In this document: piece after piece, positions 7,915 through 20,246 of the stretch
Layout of the letters: every line of letters starts with the position of its first letter
How positions within the stretch are numbered: position 1 is the first letter of the stretch
Assembly: GCA_964490885.1 (NCBI GenBank)
Contig: CAZBEL010000001.1
Coordinates: 1-30,715 of the forward strand
DNA length: 30,715 bases
Source: an uncultured bacterium
GTDB taxonomy: Bacteria > Fidelibacterota > Marinisomatia > Marinisomatales > TCS56
Reading direction: 5' to 3'
The notes under the pieces: generated by a model
The model's database searches: none
Seen by the model: the letters and a program-made list of their open reading frames with translations, nothing else
Told to the model about the DNA's origin: nothing
Program-made: the position numbers and the translations under genes

Positions 7915-8603
7915 GTTCGGCGGGGTCCAAACAACATAGTGCCCAGGCGAACCATGGTACTCCCCTCCTCAACCGCAATCTCGTAATCTCCGCTCATGCC
8001 CATGGACAATTCCGAGAGCAGTGCTGCTGTGTCTGGTCTCTGGTTATTCAAACTATCCATCAACTGGCGTAGTTGAACAAATGCCTCCCGGATGCGCCTT
8101 TTATCTTCCGTAAAGGGACCAATAGTCATGAGGCCCTTCACCGAGAGGCCGGGAATCTCCAGGCAAGCCAGCATTTCGTCTATCGCTTCGGGAGAGAAGC
8201 CATACTTGGTGACTTCACCGCTGGTGTTCACTTCTAGCAGAACGTCAACAGGTTTCCCCCTACTCTGTGCATGTCGGCCAATTTTCCCTGCCAATTTTAG
8301 GGAGTCAATGGCGTCGATAGTATCGAATATATCCAGGGCGGTTTTTACCTTGTTGCTCTGAAGATGCCCGATCATATGGTAGGTCATCCCCAGGGGCTTG
8401 GAACCAGCAGAAAATTTTCTTTGAGCTTCCTGGACCCGATTCTCACCAATATGAACAAGGCCCGCCCGGTGGGCTTCTAAGATTGTTTCAAAAGGGTGGG
8501 TCTTGGTGACTGCTATAATGGTAACAGAATGGTGAAGTCCAGCGCGGTCTAAGGCTACCGCAATCGTTTCCCTAACTTTGGTGAGATTAGAGAATAAGGT
8601 CAC
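7911..8603 (-). CDS. yggS: YggS family PLP homeostasis protein
   Basis: IAVTKT (PLP lysine), GENRVQE, HMIGHLQSNK, GLMTIG and LSMGMSGDYxxAVEEGSTMVRLG. Confidence 0.97.
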   Translation of the reverse strand: MTLFSNLTKVRETIAVALDRAGLHHSVTIIAVTKTHPFETILEAHRAGLVHIGENRVQEAQRKFSAGSKPLGMTYHMIGHLQSNKVKTALDIFDTIDAIDSLKLAGKIGRHAQSRGKPVDVLLEVNTSGEVTKYGFSPEAIDEMLACLEIPGLSVKGLMTIGPFTEDKRRIREAFVQLRQLMDSLNNQRPDTAALLSELSMGMSGDYEIAVEEGSTMVRLGTMLFGPRRT

Positions 8604-8614
8604 GCCGTTGGCGT

Positions 8615-11119
8615 TTAGTCTCCCTCCGGTGTTGTGCTAGAGGAGTCCTCTGCCGGAGTTTTGGACTCTTCCTCCTCGCCTTCAATGGGAGCATCTTCGT
8701 GAACCACCCTGGAAATGGAAGCGATCTCAGAACCCGCGTCTAATTTCACCAGCCTAACCCCCTGGGTCACCCGACCAATGGTCCTTATCTCCGCCACGGC
8801 CTGGCGCATGAGCACGCCCTTGCTGGTGATGACCATCAAATCGTCGCTGTCTACCACCTCCATAATAGCTACCATTTTACCCACGCGTTCGGTAGTCCGC
8901 ATGGTCATGATGCCTTTTCCGCCGCGCTTTTGGGTGCGATACTGGATAGCCTCGGTGCGTTTCCCGAAGCCCTTCTCAGTCGCCACTAATATTGTTCCTT
9001 CGCGCTTGACGATAACCATTCCAACGACCTTATCGTCAGGGGTAGACAGAGAGATACCTTTCACTCCCATGGTTTTCCGTCCACTGGGACGAATCTCCGA
9101 CTCTGAGAAACGAATGGACTTGCCCTCACGCGTTCCTAAAATGATATCGCGCTTGCCATTTGTGATTTCCGCATCGATTAGCCGGTCATTTTCCCGTATG
9201 TCAATGGCGTAGATGCCACCCCTGCGGGGCCTTCCGTAGGCTGACAGCACCGTCTTCTTTACAATCCCCTTCTGGGTGGCCATGATAATGTAGTGCTCAT
9301 CATCGAATTCCCGCGCCGTAACAAAGGCCTCTACCCTTTCTCCAGGCTCGCAGTTAATTAGGTTTACAATGGCCCGGCCACGGGTAGCGCGCCCCCCTTG
9401 GATGATGTCGTAGACCTTGAGCCAGTAGCATTTCCCTCGATCCGTGAAGAACAAGACGTAACTGTGGGTATTGGCAATAAATAAGTGTTCAATAAAATCA
9501 TCTTCTTTGGAAAAAGCACCCTGGACGCCACGGCCTCCGCGACGCTGACTGCGATAAGTGGTAACGGGGGTCCTTTTAATATAGCCATTATGGGTGATAG
9601 TAATGACCATGTCTTCTTCGGCAATCATGTCCTCCAGTGAGACGTCGGCCCCAACGGTGATAATCTCGGTGCGGCGTTCGTCCCCATACCGCTCGCGTAT
9701 TTCTTCCAGTTCTTGCTTGATAATGGCCATCCGCTGAGCCCGACTATCGAGAATACCTTTCAAGGTGGCGATGAGCTTAATCACCTCCCGGTACTCCGCG
9801 ACGACCCTGTCTACTTCCAAGCTTGTTAGCCGCTGGAGACGCATGTCCAGGATAGCCTTGGCCTGTTTTTCTGATAGGTCAAAGCTGTTCATCAACCCTT
9901 CGCTGGCCTGCTGTGGATCCTTGCTCCCCCGAATGATTTTGATCACTTCATCAATATTGTCCAGGGCGATTTTTAAACCCTCGAGGATATGGGCCTTGTC
10001 TTCGGCAATCCGCAAATCATAACGTGTCCTGCGAACAATAACTTCATGCCGGAAATCAACGAAGTGCTGTAGGGCCTGTTTCAACGTGAGCAGTTTGGGC
10101 ACTCCGTTTACCAGCGCCAGCATAATGATCCCAAAGGTATCTTGAAGCTGAGTAAACTTGTACAGTTGATTCAATATTACATGGGGATTGGCATCCCTTT
10201 TAGTTTCTATGACAACGCGAATCCCTTCTTTGTCAGATTCGTCTCGTATATCGCTCACACCTTGAATGCGTTTTCCCCTCACCAAGTCGGCAATGCGTTC
10301 TATTAAGTTAGCCTTATTGACTTGATACGGCAGCTCACTTATAATGATGTTGGTTCGGTTCTGCTTGGTGGTTTCCATATAGGCCCGGGCCCGCACTGTA
10401 ATTTTGCCCCGGCCGGTTTGGTAAGCCTCGCGGATGCCATCACCACCAAAAATAATAGCGCCCGTTGGAAAGTCGGGGCCTTTGACATAGGTTAGCAACT
10501 CATCCAGAGTAATATCCGGGTTGTTAATTAAGGCAATCAGGGCATTAATAATCTCAGTAAGATTGTGTGGTGGAATTTTTGTCGCCATGCCCACGGCGAT
10601 ACCTTCGGAGCCATTGGCCAATAAACAGGGAAATGCCGTCGGTAGAACGCTGGGTTCCTTAAGAGTTTCATCAAAGTTGGGTACCCAGTCGATGGTATCC
10701 TTGTCGAGATCACGTAGGCTTTCACCGCCCAACCGGGACATGCGCGCTTCAGTATACCGCATGGCTGCGGCGCCATCACCGTCCACAGAGCCGAAGTTCC
10801 CCTGCCCTTCGACCAAACGGTAGCGCATGGAAAAAGGTTGGGCCATACGGACCAATGCATCATAAACCGAACTATCACCGTGAGGGTGATACTTACCCAA
10901 CACATCCCCAACAATGCGGGCAGATTTCTTATACGGCCGGTTCCACTGAACCCCCAGCTCCTCCATCCCAAAAAGTATACGGCGGTGAACTGGCTTTAAT
11001 CCGTCCCGTACATCGGGCAGTGCCCGGGACACGATGACAGACATGGAATAATTGAGGTAGCTCTCCTTTAGTTCGTCAACTATATCCCGTTTTAAAATAT
11101 TCTCACGAACAATATCCAT
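8615..11119 (-). CDS. gyrA: DNA gyrase subunit A
   Basis: [27 protein letters not shown], catalytic AAMRYTE, GyrA-box QRRGGRG, beta-pinwheel repeats and an acidic tail. Confidence 0.99.
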   Translation of the reverse strand: MDIVRENILKRDIVDELKESYLNYSMSVIVSRALPDVRDGLKPVHRRILFGMEELGVQWNRPYKKSARIVGDVLGKYHPHGDSSVYDALVRMAQPFSMRYRLVEGQGNFGSVDGDGAAAMRYTEARMSRLGGESLRDLDKDTIDWVPNFDETLKEPSVLPTAFPCLLANGSEGIAVGMATKIPPHNLTEIINALIALINNPDITLDELLTYVKGPDFPTGAIIFGGDGIREAYQTGRGKITVRARAYMETTKQNRTNIIISELPYQVNKANLIERIADLVRGKRIQGVSDIRDESDKEGIRVVIETKRDANPHVILNQLYKFTQLQDTFGIIMLALVNGVPKLLTLKQALQHFVDFRHEVIVRRTRYDLRIAEDKAHILEGLKIALDNIDEVIKIIRGSKDPQQASEGLMNSFDLSEKQAKAILDMRLQRLTSLEVDRVVAEYREVIKLIATLKGILDSRAQRMAIIKQELEEIRERYGDERRTEIITVGADVSLEDMIAEEDMVITITHNGYIKRTPVTTYRSQRRGGRGVQGAFSKEDDFIEHLFIANTHSYVLFFTDRGKCYWLKVYDIIQGGRATRGRAIVNLINCEPGERVEAFVTAREFDDEHYIIMATQKGIVKKTVLSAYGRPRRGGIYAIDIRENDRLIDAEITNGKRDIILGTREGKSIRFSESEIRPSGRKTMGVKGISLSTPDDKVVGMVIVKREGTILVATEKGFGKRTEAIQYRTQKRGGKGIMTMRTTERVGKMVAIMEVVDSDDLMVITSKGVLMRQAVAEIRTIGRVTQGVRLVKLDAGSEIASISRVVHEDAPIEGEEEESKTPAEDSSSTTPEGD

Positions 11120-11142
11120 CGATCAATAATCCTTCAATAGCA

Positions 11143-13385
<2,243 letters not shown>

Positions 13386-13396
13386 ATAAGTCGATC

Positions 13397-13504
13397 TTAA
13401 AACGGGCAGAATATCCCGAATTCAGTCAACACGGAGGCGAGTGGTTCTGATTCTACTGTAAAGCCAAACGCTTCAATCCGTCGTACCGCAACCCCGTCAG
13501 TCAT
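13397..13504 (-). CDS. Possible 35-aa micro-ORF between dnaN and dciA
   Basis: The ATG at 13504 overlaps the end of dnaN and reads MTDGVAVRRIEAFGFTVESEPLASVLTEFGIFCPF*, stopping 11 nt before the dciA start. I recognise no homology, so it may be chance. Confidence 0.2.
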   Translation of the reverse strand: MTDGVAVRRIEAFGFTVESEPLASVLTEFGIFCPF

Positions 13505-14612
13505 TCAATCTAATGGGCATTAATAGCATGGTGAGATCGCTATCATCCTTCTGCTCATCGGGGTAAAATAGACCGGCGCTGATGGGGGTCTTTAACTTCA
13601 CAATGACCTTTTCAGAATGCATGTGCGATAAGATATCGCGCAGGTAGTTAGCGTTGTACCCAATAATAAGCGGGTCGCCGGTATACTGAACGGGTAATTC
13701 TTCCTGGGCCTTAGAGGCTTTCTCTACGTCCTCCGTCGTAATGACCAATTTATCACCTTCCATTTTGAGGGCAATCTGGTGCGTGGAACGATTGGAGAAA
13801 ATGGACACTCGCCGAACCGCGGCCAACAACATCTCTCGGTCGACGACAAGTTCCTTGTCGTTATCGGTAGGGATAACACTCTCGTAGTCTGGAAAGCGTT
13901 CGTCGATGATCCTGGTGAAAATCTTGTCCGGCCCCAGGCTGGCGGTAAGGTGGTTATCCCCCATCCATATTTGGATGGGCTTATCACTACCCAACAAGGT
14001 GTTGATGAGATTCAGGAATTTATTAGGGATAATCACATCTCCCGTGAATTCTTCGGCCTGATAATCCTTGTATTGATAGCGCACCAGGCGGTGACCATCC
14101 GTGGCGGCAGCCGTTAAGCGGTCCTGCCCGAACTGGAAAAAGACCCCAGTCAAGGCTGGTTTCAACTCATCTTTGCTAACGGCAAAACTAGTGGAGTAAA
14201 TAATCTCCTTCAAAACACCGCTATCGATGCCGGTATTTTTGCGATTATCTACGTCTGGCATAGCAGGAAATTCCTCAGCCGCTTTACCCATTAGGTCATA
14301 ACGCCCAACATCCGTCAACAAATCTACATGGAGTTCGGAATCCACCGTAAGGGTAATTCTGGTATCGGGAAGTTCGTTGGTGATTTCCATGAGGGGTTGC
14401 AACGGAATAGCTGCTGACCCAGTTTCCTCGATGCTGGATTCAAGATTTGTTAAAATCGTGATTTCCAAATCAGTGCTGCGCAGTGTGGTGCCGTTTTCCT
14501 CAGCTGCAAAAAGCACACAATTCAATATGGGTAATGTTGACCGGGTTGGGGTTGCCCGGGATAATTTTTGTAGAGCAGATAATAGTTCGGTTTTTGATGT
14601 GGAAAGTTTCAT
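13497..14612 (-). CDS. dnaN: DNA polymerase III beta sliding clamp
   Basis: 371 aa with LRSTDLEI, KPALTGV, AATDGHRL, FPDYESVIP, IGYNANYL and a C-terminal LLMPIRL. Confidence 0.99.
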   Translation of the reverse strand: MKLSTSKTELLSALQKLSRATPTRSTLPILNCVLFAAEENGTTLRSTDLEITILTNLESSIEETGSAAIPLQPLMEITNELPDTRITLTVDSELHVDLLTDVGRYDLMGKAAEEFPAMPDVDNRKNTGIDSGVLKEIIYSTSFAVSKDELKPALTGVFFQFGQDRLTAAATDGHRLVRYQYKDYQAEEFTGDVIIPNKFLNLINTLLGSDKPIQIWMGDNHLTASLGPDKIFTRIIDERFPDYESVIPTDNDKELVVDREMLLAAVRRVSIFSNRSTHQIALKMEGDKLVITTEDVEKASKAQEELPVQYTGDPLIIGYNANYLRDILSHMHSEKVIVKLKTPISAGLFYPDEQKDDSDLTMLLMPIRLND

Positions 14613-14965
14613 TTAAATGTCCAGTTTGTTGTCCGTTTTTTTAGGCTTTAATGATTCTTAAAAAGCCTTCAATCTTACCTCGATATTGCTGTTATCACAA
14701 GTATTTTCACCATCCCATATGAGAGAAAACAACCGTTCCGTAATTTCTATTTCCAGCGAATTGTTAACTCTAATACTTAAGCTTACAGCTTTAAGAAATT
14801 GTTTATTATTTATTATCACTGTGGAAAAGGAGGTAAGTCTGTAATGAATTGGTCAATCTAATTCTATGATGAACGGCTAAGTAAAAGGGTTCATAATCTA
14901 CTTTATGTGGAAAAGTGAGTGAACAATGTGCATAACCTCTGTGATGGCTAGTAGAATCCCGATTA
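14613..14965. other. Candidate oriC: AT-rich intergenic region with a DnaA-box cluster
   Basis: Largest intergenic gap in the window. Hand count gives about 34% GC over 14641-14960 and about 22% over 14761-14820. It holds three same-orientation TTWTNCACA matches (14820-14828, 14906-14914, 14927-14935) plus degenerate copies (14918-14926, 14598-14606). Confidence 0.65.
14672..14700 (-). promoter_or_regulatory. Putative sigma70 promoter of dnaN
   Basis: On the minus strand: TTGTGA (14700-14695), 17 nt, TAAGAT (14677-14672). The -35 overlaps a DnaA-box-like TTGTGATAA. Confidence 0.4.
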
Positions 14966-16264
14966 TCATTGTGGAATCTGAATGAAAATTCGTTCCCGAG
15001 CATCACTTATCCACTTTGAATACCATTCCATGCGCTTCTGGTTAAGCGCCATGGCTTCGATTTCCGGCCAGTGGTCTTTTAGATTGGGCTTACCACCCGG
15101 CTTAACTCCTTCTAACCAGAATAAATGGTACCCGAAACTTGACCGCACTGGTCGGCTGCACTGATTCAGCTCCAATAAGTTTACCACCTGGGCTATTTCC
15201 GGAATAGGGGAATTCTTGGGATTGATCCATCCCAGGTCCCCCCCGATATCTTTTGTTTTTTCATCCTCAGAGTAGCGCTTAACGAGAGCGATAAAATCGT
15301 CGAGTGTTTCAGCGGAGTCTTTAAGGCTAAGCGCGTAGCTGTAAGCGCGGGATTCATCTTCTTCGGTGATTTGGGGTGTGATAAGGATGTGGCGAACGCG
15401 GATTTTATCCCCCATTTTTTCCTGGGTTTGAATGAGATGGTAGCCAAAGGGGGATTCCACAGGTGTACTGATTTCCCCCGCCGGGAGGGTAAAGGCCACC
15501 GATTCAAACTCAGGCACTAGGGAACCACGCCGTACCAGGCCCAAGGAACCACCGTTCTGACTGGATCCAGGGTCTTGGGAATACCGTTCTGCTAAGTCTT
15601 CGAAAGGTTCCCCGGCTAAAATGCGTTGGCGAATGCTGTCTAACTTCGCTAAGGCTTTACGCCGGGACCGCTCCCCTGGCTTAACCGGCACCAATAGATG
15701 GCGTAGTTTAACCATTGTGGGAAAATCCGATATGCTATCGCGATAGGTTTTGAAGAAATCCATCACCTCTTTTTTAGAAATGGTGATGGAGGACATGAGT
15801 TGTTGTTGGTATTTTTCGGTGATGAGCCGGTCTTTCATGTCCGACCAGAATTCGCGCCGGAACGATTTTAATGATTGTCCCAGTAGCTCCTCGGCGCGCG
15901 CTTCGCTTCCCGCATTGGCCACGAAAGATTCCATCTGCTGGTCAAGGGCTTGATTGACCTCCTTTTCTTCCACCTCCACCGAATCCAGCTTGGCCATTTC
16001 CAAAATTATTTTTTGGTCGATAAGTGACTGGAGAATTTCCTCTTGCATCTTGAGCAAGGCGTCCCGGTCCTGCACCGGATCGAGATTGCGCCGAAGGGCA
16101 GCCATACCTACCAACTGAGATACGTCACTCTTCAAAACAAGATTATCGTTTACAATGGCGGCGATACCGTCGATGATTTGGGATTGCTCTTCCTGGGCGT
16201 GGTATGTTCCCAGTAGGGCGGTGGTGACTAACAAAATGTTACCCAGGGTGCGGATCGATTTCAT
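14966..16264 (-). CDS. surA: SurA-like periplasmic chaperone/PPIase (N-domain + two PpiC domains)
   Basis: Signal peptide, IDGIAAIVND...VLKSD N-domain, and two parvulin domains (FEDLAERYSQDPGSSQNGGSLG...GYHLI; YSEDEKTKDIGGDLG...GYHLF). Confidence 0.88.
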   Translation of the reverse strand: MKSIRTLGNILLVTTALLGTYHAQEEQSQIIDGIAAIVNDNLVLKSDVSQLVGMAALRRNLDPVQDRDALLKMQEEILQSLIDQKIILEMAKLDSVEVEEKEVNQALDQQMESFVANAGSEARAEELLGQSLKSFRREFWSDMKDRLITEKYQQQLMSSITISKKEVMDFFKTYRDSISDFPTMVKLRHLLVPVKPGERSRRKALAKLDSIRQRILAGEPFEDLAERYSQDPGSSQNGGSLGLVRRGSLVPEFESVAFTLPAGEISTPVESPFGYHLIQTQEKMGDKIRVRHILITPQITEEDESRAYSYALSLKDSAETLDDFIALVKRYSEDEKTKDIGGDLGWINPKNSPIPEIAQVVNLLELNQCSRPVRSSFGYHLFWLEGVKPGGKPNLKDHWPEIEAMALNQKRMEWYSKWISDARERIFIQIPQ

Positions 16265-17061
16265 TTTAGATTTTCTGGAAATATTTCGATGGGGATCGTG
16301 TTTTTAAGGCTATCGAGGATTTGGTTGGCCAAGAGGGCAGAGCGCTGTTGAAAAATATATTGTTGAATTTCGTCGTAGACCTCATCTAAGCCCCGCGCGG
16401 TTCCTTGTTTGTACTTTTCTAGGATTTCGATGGTATGGTACCCATATGGCGTTTTAACCGGCCCCACAACCCTCCTGCGGGAGGCAAAGATGGCGTCATC
16501 AAGAGGTTCTAGAAGAGCGCCTTTTTTTACGGTGATTGCATTGACTCCGTAATCAGCTAAAAGTTTTTTTCGTTTCTCAGAGACACCGCTACGGAGCAGG
16601 ACAGATTTGATTTCCTGGGCCTTGCTTTTCGAATCCACCAAGAAGTGGAGTATTTTTGCCTCCTCGGTCTGGCGGGTGAAGCTGCTGCGGTGTTCCTCAT
16701 AGTAAGATTTGATATCCGCCGCTGATACTCCAATTCGTTGCTGGAGCAGAGACTGTAGGTAGGCCTTGCCGATTAGCTCCCGGCGGTAGTCGGACACGGC
16801 CTGTTGAAGCGTTTTATCCCGGTCATACCCTTGAGCCACGGCGGTTTGGAAAAGCACCTCCTGGTTAATCCATTGACTGACCACCTGGTTCTTATCAAAG
16901 TACTCGTTTTTGGGTGTAAGTTCCCAGGCGCGGGTGTCCTCCAGAGACAAAGTGGCTTTACCCACGCGAACCACGACAGGCTGGTCATTCTCTAAGGATG
17001 AAGAGCAGCCGAAGAATAGACTGAGCGATAGGGCGACAGGGATTAAAGGGGTTTTTAGCAC
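16261..17061 (-). CDS. PpiC/rotamase-type peptidyl-prolyl isomerase-like lipoprotein (degenerate parvulin domain)
   Basis: Lipobox-like LFFGC, VVVRVG N-domain, IKSYYEEH and GPVKTPYGYHTI. It has an ATGA overlap with surA. Confidence 0.78.
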   Translation of the reverse strand: MLKTPLIPVALSLSLFFGCSSSLENDQPVVVRVGKATLSLEDTRAWELTPKNEYFDKNQVVSQWINQEVLFQTAVAQGYDRDKTLQQAVSDYRRELIGKAYLQSLLQQRIGVSAADIKSYYEEHRSSFTRQTEEAKILHFLVDSKSKAQEIKSVLLRSGVSEKRKKLLADYGVNAITVKKGALLEPLDDAIFASRRRVVGPVKTPYGYHTIEILEKYKQGTARGLDEVYDEIQQYIFQQRSALLANQILDSLKNTIPIEIFPENLK

Positions 17062-17078
17062 GTCCGAAGTTACCTCTT

Positions 17079-20000
17079 TTAAGGATGAGAAAACAGACTC
17101 ACTATGGCTTCAGCAGCACCCCATGAATTATTCATATCTTTTGTGTTAACAAGTACTTGAGTGTATTTGACGGTTGTCTTTTTCCGCTCTTGCACTTCCC
17201 CCCAGGATTGTAGCGCAGTACGCACTTCCTTCGCTTGAGGTTCCGAAACCAGCCCTTTGTCCAGCTGGCAGGTTAGTCCTTTGGGCGTTATTTCCATAGT
17301 GCGGACGGGAGTATTTGTAAGCTTGGTCTGAAAGAGTGTAAGGCTGAGGAGGTTGACAACTTCGGAGGGCGGTGGCCCGAAGCGATCCTTGAGTTCTTGT
17401 TCAATGAGGTTAATATCCTCATTGGACGTTGCTGTGTTGAGGCGTTGGTAAAAGTAAAGGCGATCCTCTACAAGGGATATGTATTGGGGTGGGAGGTAAG
17501 CGTCGTCAGTTAGCTTTATAGTCGGTTTTGCAGGTGGGCTGATAGGAGCCTTCCCTTGCTGTTCGAGAACAGATTCAGATAGTAAATTGCAGTACATTTC
17601 AAACCCAATGGAAGCAATGTGACCGCTCTGCTCATAGCCAAACAAATTCCCGGGTCCGCGAATTTCCAAATCCTTTAAAGCGATTTCGTACCCTACCCCC
17701 AGGGAGGACAAACGCTCGATGGTTTTTAACCGCTGATAGGCCGGGTCGGTAAGCTTTAAACCCTTTGGAATCAATAAGTAACAGAAGGCTTGCCGGTTGC
17801 TGCGCCCGACGCGACCACGGATTTGGTATAGCTGGCTCAAGCCAAATTTATGGGCATTATTGATAATGATCGTATTAGCGTTTGAGACATCCAGTCCAGA
17901 TTCGACGATCACAGTGCAGAGCAGGATGTCTATTTCCCCAGCGAAAAAGGCAAGGATCGTATCTTCGAGCTTTCGGCTTGGCATTTTACCATGGGCGATT
18001 GCAACGGTGTGATGAGGAAATAGATCCATTAACTTTTCACAGTGGAAAGATAGGGCGTTGATATCGTTGTGAAGAAAATAGACCTGGCCGTTGCGTTGTA
18101 ATTCAAACTGTATGGGGTAGTAGATTTTTTTCCAGTCGAAATAGTGAACGCTCGTGCGAATTGGTAACCTTTCACGCGGGGGTGTCTGGAGTTGGCTCAC
18201 GGCACGAATGCCGACCAAGGCTTGTTGCAGGGTGCGCGGGATCGGCGTGGCTGTTAAAGTGAGAACATCCACCGTAGATTTTATCTCCTGCAAGCGTTGT
18301 TTATGTTTAACCCCGAAACGGTGTTCTTCATCGATGATTAAGAGCCCTAAAGATGGCGTCTGCACGTCCGGGGAAAGAAGGCGGTGGGTTCCTACGACGA
18401 TGTCCACATCACCTGTTGTTAAAGCGCGAAGAATTTGTTTCACTTCATCGCCAGGAGTGAACCGCGACAAGAGCGCAACCCGCACTCCCAGGGGTCCCAA
18501 GCGGCCCTTACAGGTGATATAGTGTTGATCGGCGAGGATAGTAGTGGGCGTTAGGAAAAAAACCGTTTTGCCAGTGGCGATGGCTTTCATAGCCGCTCGT
18601 AAAGCCACTTCTGTTTTACCGAAACCCACGTCTCCAATAAGGATTCGGTCCATGGGGCGTTCCGATAGCATGTCGGTGTAAATTTCCTTAATGGCCTGCT
18701 GTTGGTCGGGTGTTTCTTGGTAGGGGAAACTCTTTTCCAAGAGCCGGCACAATTCCATGTCAGCAGTGTAACGAAAGCCCCGAGGTTTATTCTTCGAAGC
18801 ATAATAAGCCACTAATTCATTTACGATCCTTTGAGCGCTCTGCCGGGACCGTTGGATCTGTTGTTGCCAGCGCTTGGTTCCCAAGCGTGAAAGGGTAACG
18901 GGACCCTTTTTGCTGGAGATGTAGCGATGGACTTTTGCGAAGTGATCGGGATGGACGTAGATAAAACCGCCGTCGGCGTATTCGATTTTCAGGCACTCCT
19001 GATGGCCAGTTTTAGTTTTGATTAGCTGGAGACCGCGGTAGATGCCGATACCATAATCACGGTGCACTACATAGTCTCCCCAATTTATGTCTTTTAGGTG
19101 GAAGGCGAACGGTTGGTCGCCGTAGGGATCGACATTAACCCAACGTGAGATGCTGTACTTGGGGACAGGCTTAACCTCAGAAAGGTCTAAACAGGCCAGG
19201 GAAAGATCCGCAGAATAGAAACCCTGGGGGATTCGCGAAGGGATAGTTGTTACTTTGAATGGCCATGTTGCGAATTCCTTACGCTTTAGTTCTGTCGTTC
19301 CAGTGAAGATGTAGACCTTTTTAACAGAAGCAGCCCTAAGTTTAGGCCAAAAGTCGGTGAGATTGAGGTTTTCACCATCGGGTGTTGCTATCCAGGGGTT
19401 GGTCCGGCAGGAGATCCGTACCCCATTACCGGTGGAAAGTTCTATGTGTTTATGGTTCTTGTGGACGTAAACGAAGTGGGCACCCCTGTTGGCCAGCAAC
19501 TCTCGATAGGTTCGTTGGGATGTTAGCGTTAACGCGTCCGCGGGAGGCAGCAGTTCAACGTTTTTTATTCGCTGCACCGATAGTTGAGAAATGGGATTGA
19601 ACCACCGAATGGACTCCACAGTGTTTCCGAAAAACTCCAGCCGCACGGGCCGCCGGGCATGGAGCAGAAAAATGTCTATGATCCCTCCTCGAATGGAGAA
19701 TGTCTTGGGCTGCTCAGTGCGGTCGACCTGTTCAAATCCCCAGGAAACCAAAGTTTTTGCCAGATCTCCCACGACGCATTCTTGACCCGTATGGATTTCT
19801 ATGCCTCGGGATGTGGCTGCAAGAGGGTCAGGCACTGGCTGCTGCAAGGCCTTTTCATCGGTAATAAAAAGGCCGCCACTTTTCCGTTTTAATGCATGGT
19901 AGCTTTCTGTCGTGTACCGTTCAGCCTCTAAAGCGAAACCGGAGACATCGGTAAAAGTGGATTGTAGAATAGGTATCCAATAAACGGATTTATGAAGCGT

Positions 20001-20246
20001 AGAAAGAGCGTGATGGTAAAAAGCCTCTGCTGACTGGTATTCAGGGCAAATAATGACGAATGCGCGGTATCTTTGACGGTAGACTGCAGCCAACGCTAAG
20101 ACTGCGGCGACCTCCGTCAGGCCTTCCAGGGTTACCGGTTCATTGCGAGACAGGTTTTGCACAAAAGCACGCCCCGGTGTTGAACGGAGGAGGCGGTCAA
20201 GGACTGGATTCAGGTGAGGAAAAGGCGTTTCACGTGAAACACTCAT
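17079..20246 (-). CDS. mfd: Transcription-repair coupling factor Mfd
   Basis: UvrB-like RGGIIDIF, RNAP-interaction domain GDYVVHxDYGIG, GDVGFGKTEVA, DEEHRFGV, QIRGRVGR and the TRG motif DLEIRGxGNLFG. Confidence 0.97.
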   Translation of the reverse strand: MSVSRETPFPHLNPVLDRLLRSTPGRAFVQNLSRNEPVTLEGLTEVAAVLALAAVYRQRYRAFVIICPEYQSAEAFYHHALSTLHKSVYWIPILQSTFTDVSGFALEAERYTTESYHALKRKSGGLFITDEKALQQPVPDPLAATSRGIEIHTGQECVVGDLAKTLVSWGFEQVDRTEQPKTFSIRGGIIDIFLLHARRPVRLEFFGNTVESIRWFNPISQLSVQRIKNVELLPPADALTLTSQRTYRELLANRGAHFVYVHKNHKHIELSTGNGVRISCRTNPWIATPDGENLNLTDFWPKLRAASVKKVYIFTGTTELKRKEFATWPFKVTTIPSRIPQGFYSADLSLACLDLSEVKPVPKYSISRWVNVDPYGDQPFAFHLKDINWGDYVVHRDYGIGIYRGLQLIKTKTGHQECLKIEYADGGFIYVHPDHFAKVHRYISSKKGPVTLSRLGTKRWQQQIQRSRQSAQRIVNELVAYYASKNKPRGFRYTADMELCRLLEKSFPYQETPDQQQAIKEIYTDMLSERPMDRILIGDVGFGKTEVALRAAMKAIATGKTVFFLTPTTILADQHYITCKGRLGPLGVRVALLSRFTPGDEVKQILRALTTGDVDIVVGTHRLLSPDVQTPSLGLLIIDEEHRFGVKHKQRLQEIKSTVDVLTLTATPIPRTLQQALVGIRAVSQLQTPPRERLPIRTSVHYFDWKKIYYPIQFELQRNGQVYFLHNDINALSFHCEKLMDLFPHHTVAIAHGKMPSRKLEDTILAFFAGEIDILLCTVIVESGLDVSNANTIIINNAHKFGLSQLYQIRGRVGRSNRQAFCYLLIPKGLKLTDPAYQRLKTIERLSSLGVGYEIALKDLEIRGPGNLFGYEQSGHIASIGFEMYCNLLSESVLEQQGKAPISPPAKPTIKLTDDAYLPPQYISLVEDRLYFYQRLNTATSNEDINLIEQELKDRFGPPPSEVVNLLSLTLFQTKLTNTPVRTMEITPKGLTCQLDKGLVSEPQAKEVRTALQSWGEVQERKKTTVKYTQVLVNTKDMNNSWGAAEAIVSLFSHP
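20226..20241. promoter_or_regulatory. parS centromere-like site 1
   Basis: CGTTTCACGTGAAACA is a 15/16 match to the palindrome TGTTTCACGTGAAACA. It lies in mfd codons 2-7 (SVSRET). Confidence 0.9.

Noticed and set aside
2607-8614. Same 9-mer CGTTGGCGT just after the MATE stop (2607-2615) and the gyrA stop (8606-8614)
   Set aside because: There are only two copies of 9 bp and no larger shared structure, which is compatible with chance.
10840-10900. Quinolone-resistance substitutions in GyrA
   Set aside because: [10 protein letters not shown] carries the susceptible-type Ser and Asp.
14643-14668. Hairpin AGGCTTT...AAAGCCT upstream of dnaN as a terminator
   Set aside because: The T-run is on the wrong side for termination on either strand.
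14800-14828. TTA/TAT repeats next to a DnaA box as possible DnaA-trios
   Set aside because: Their polarity relative to the box is opposite to the canonical Bacillus arrangement, so I count them only as an AT-rich tract.
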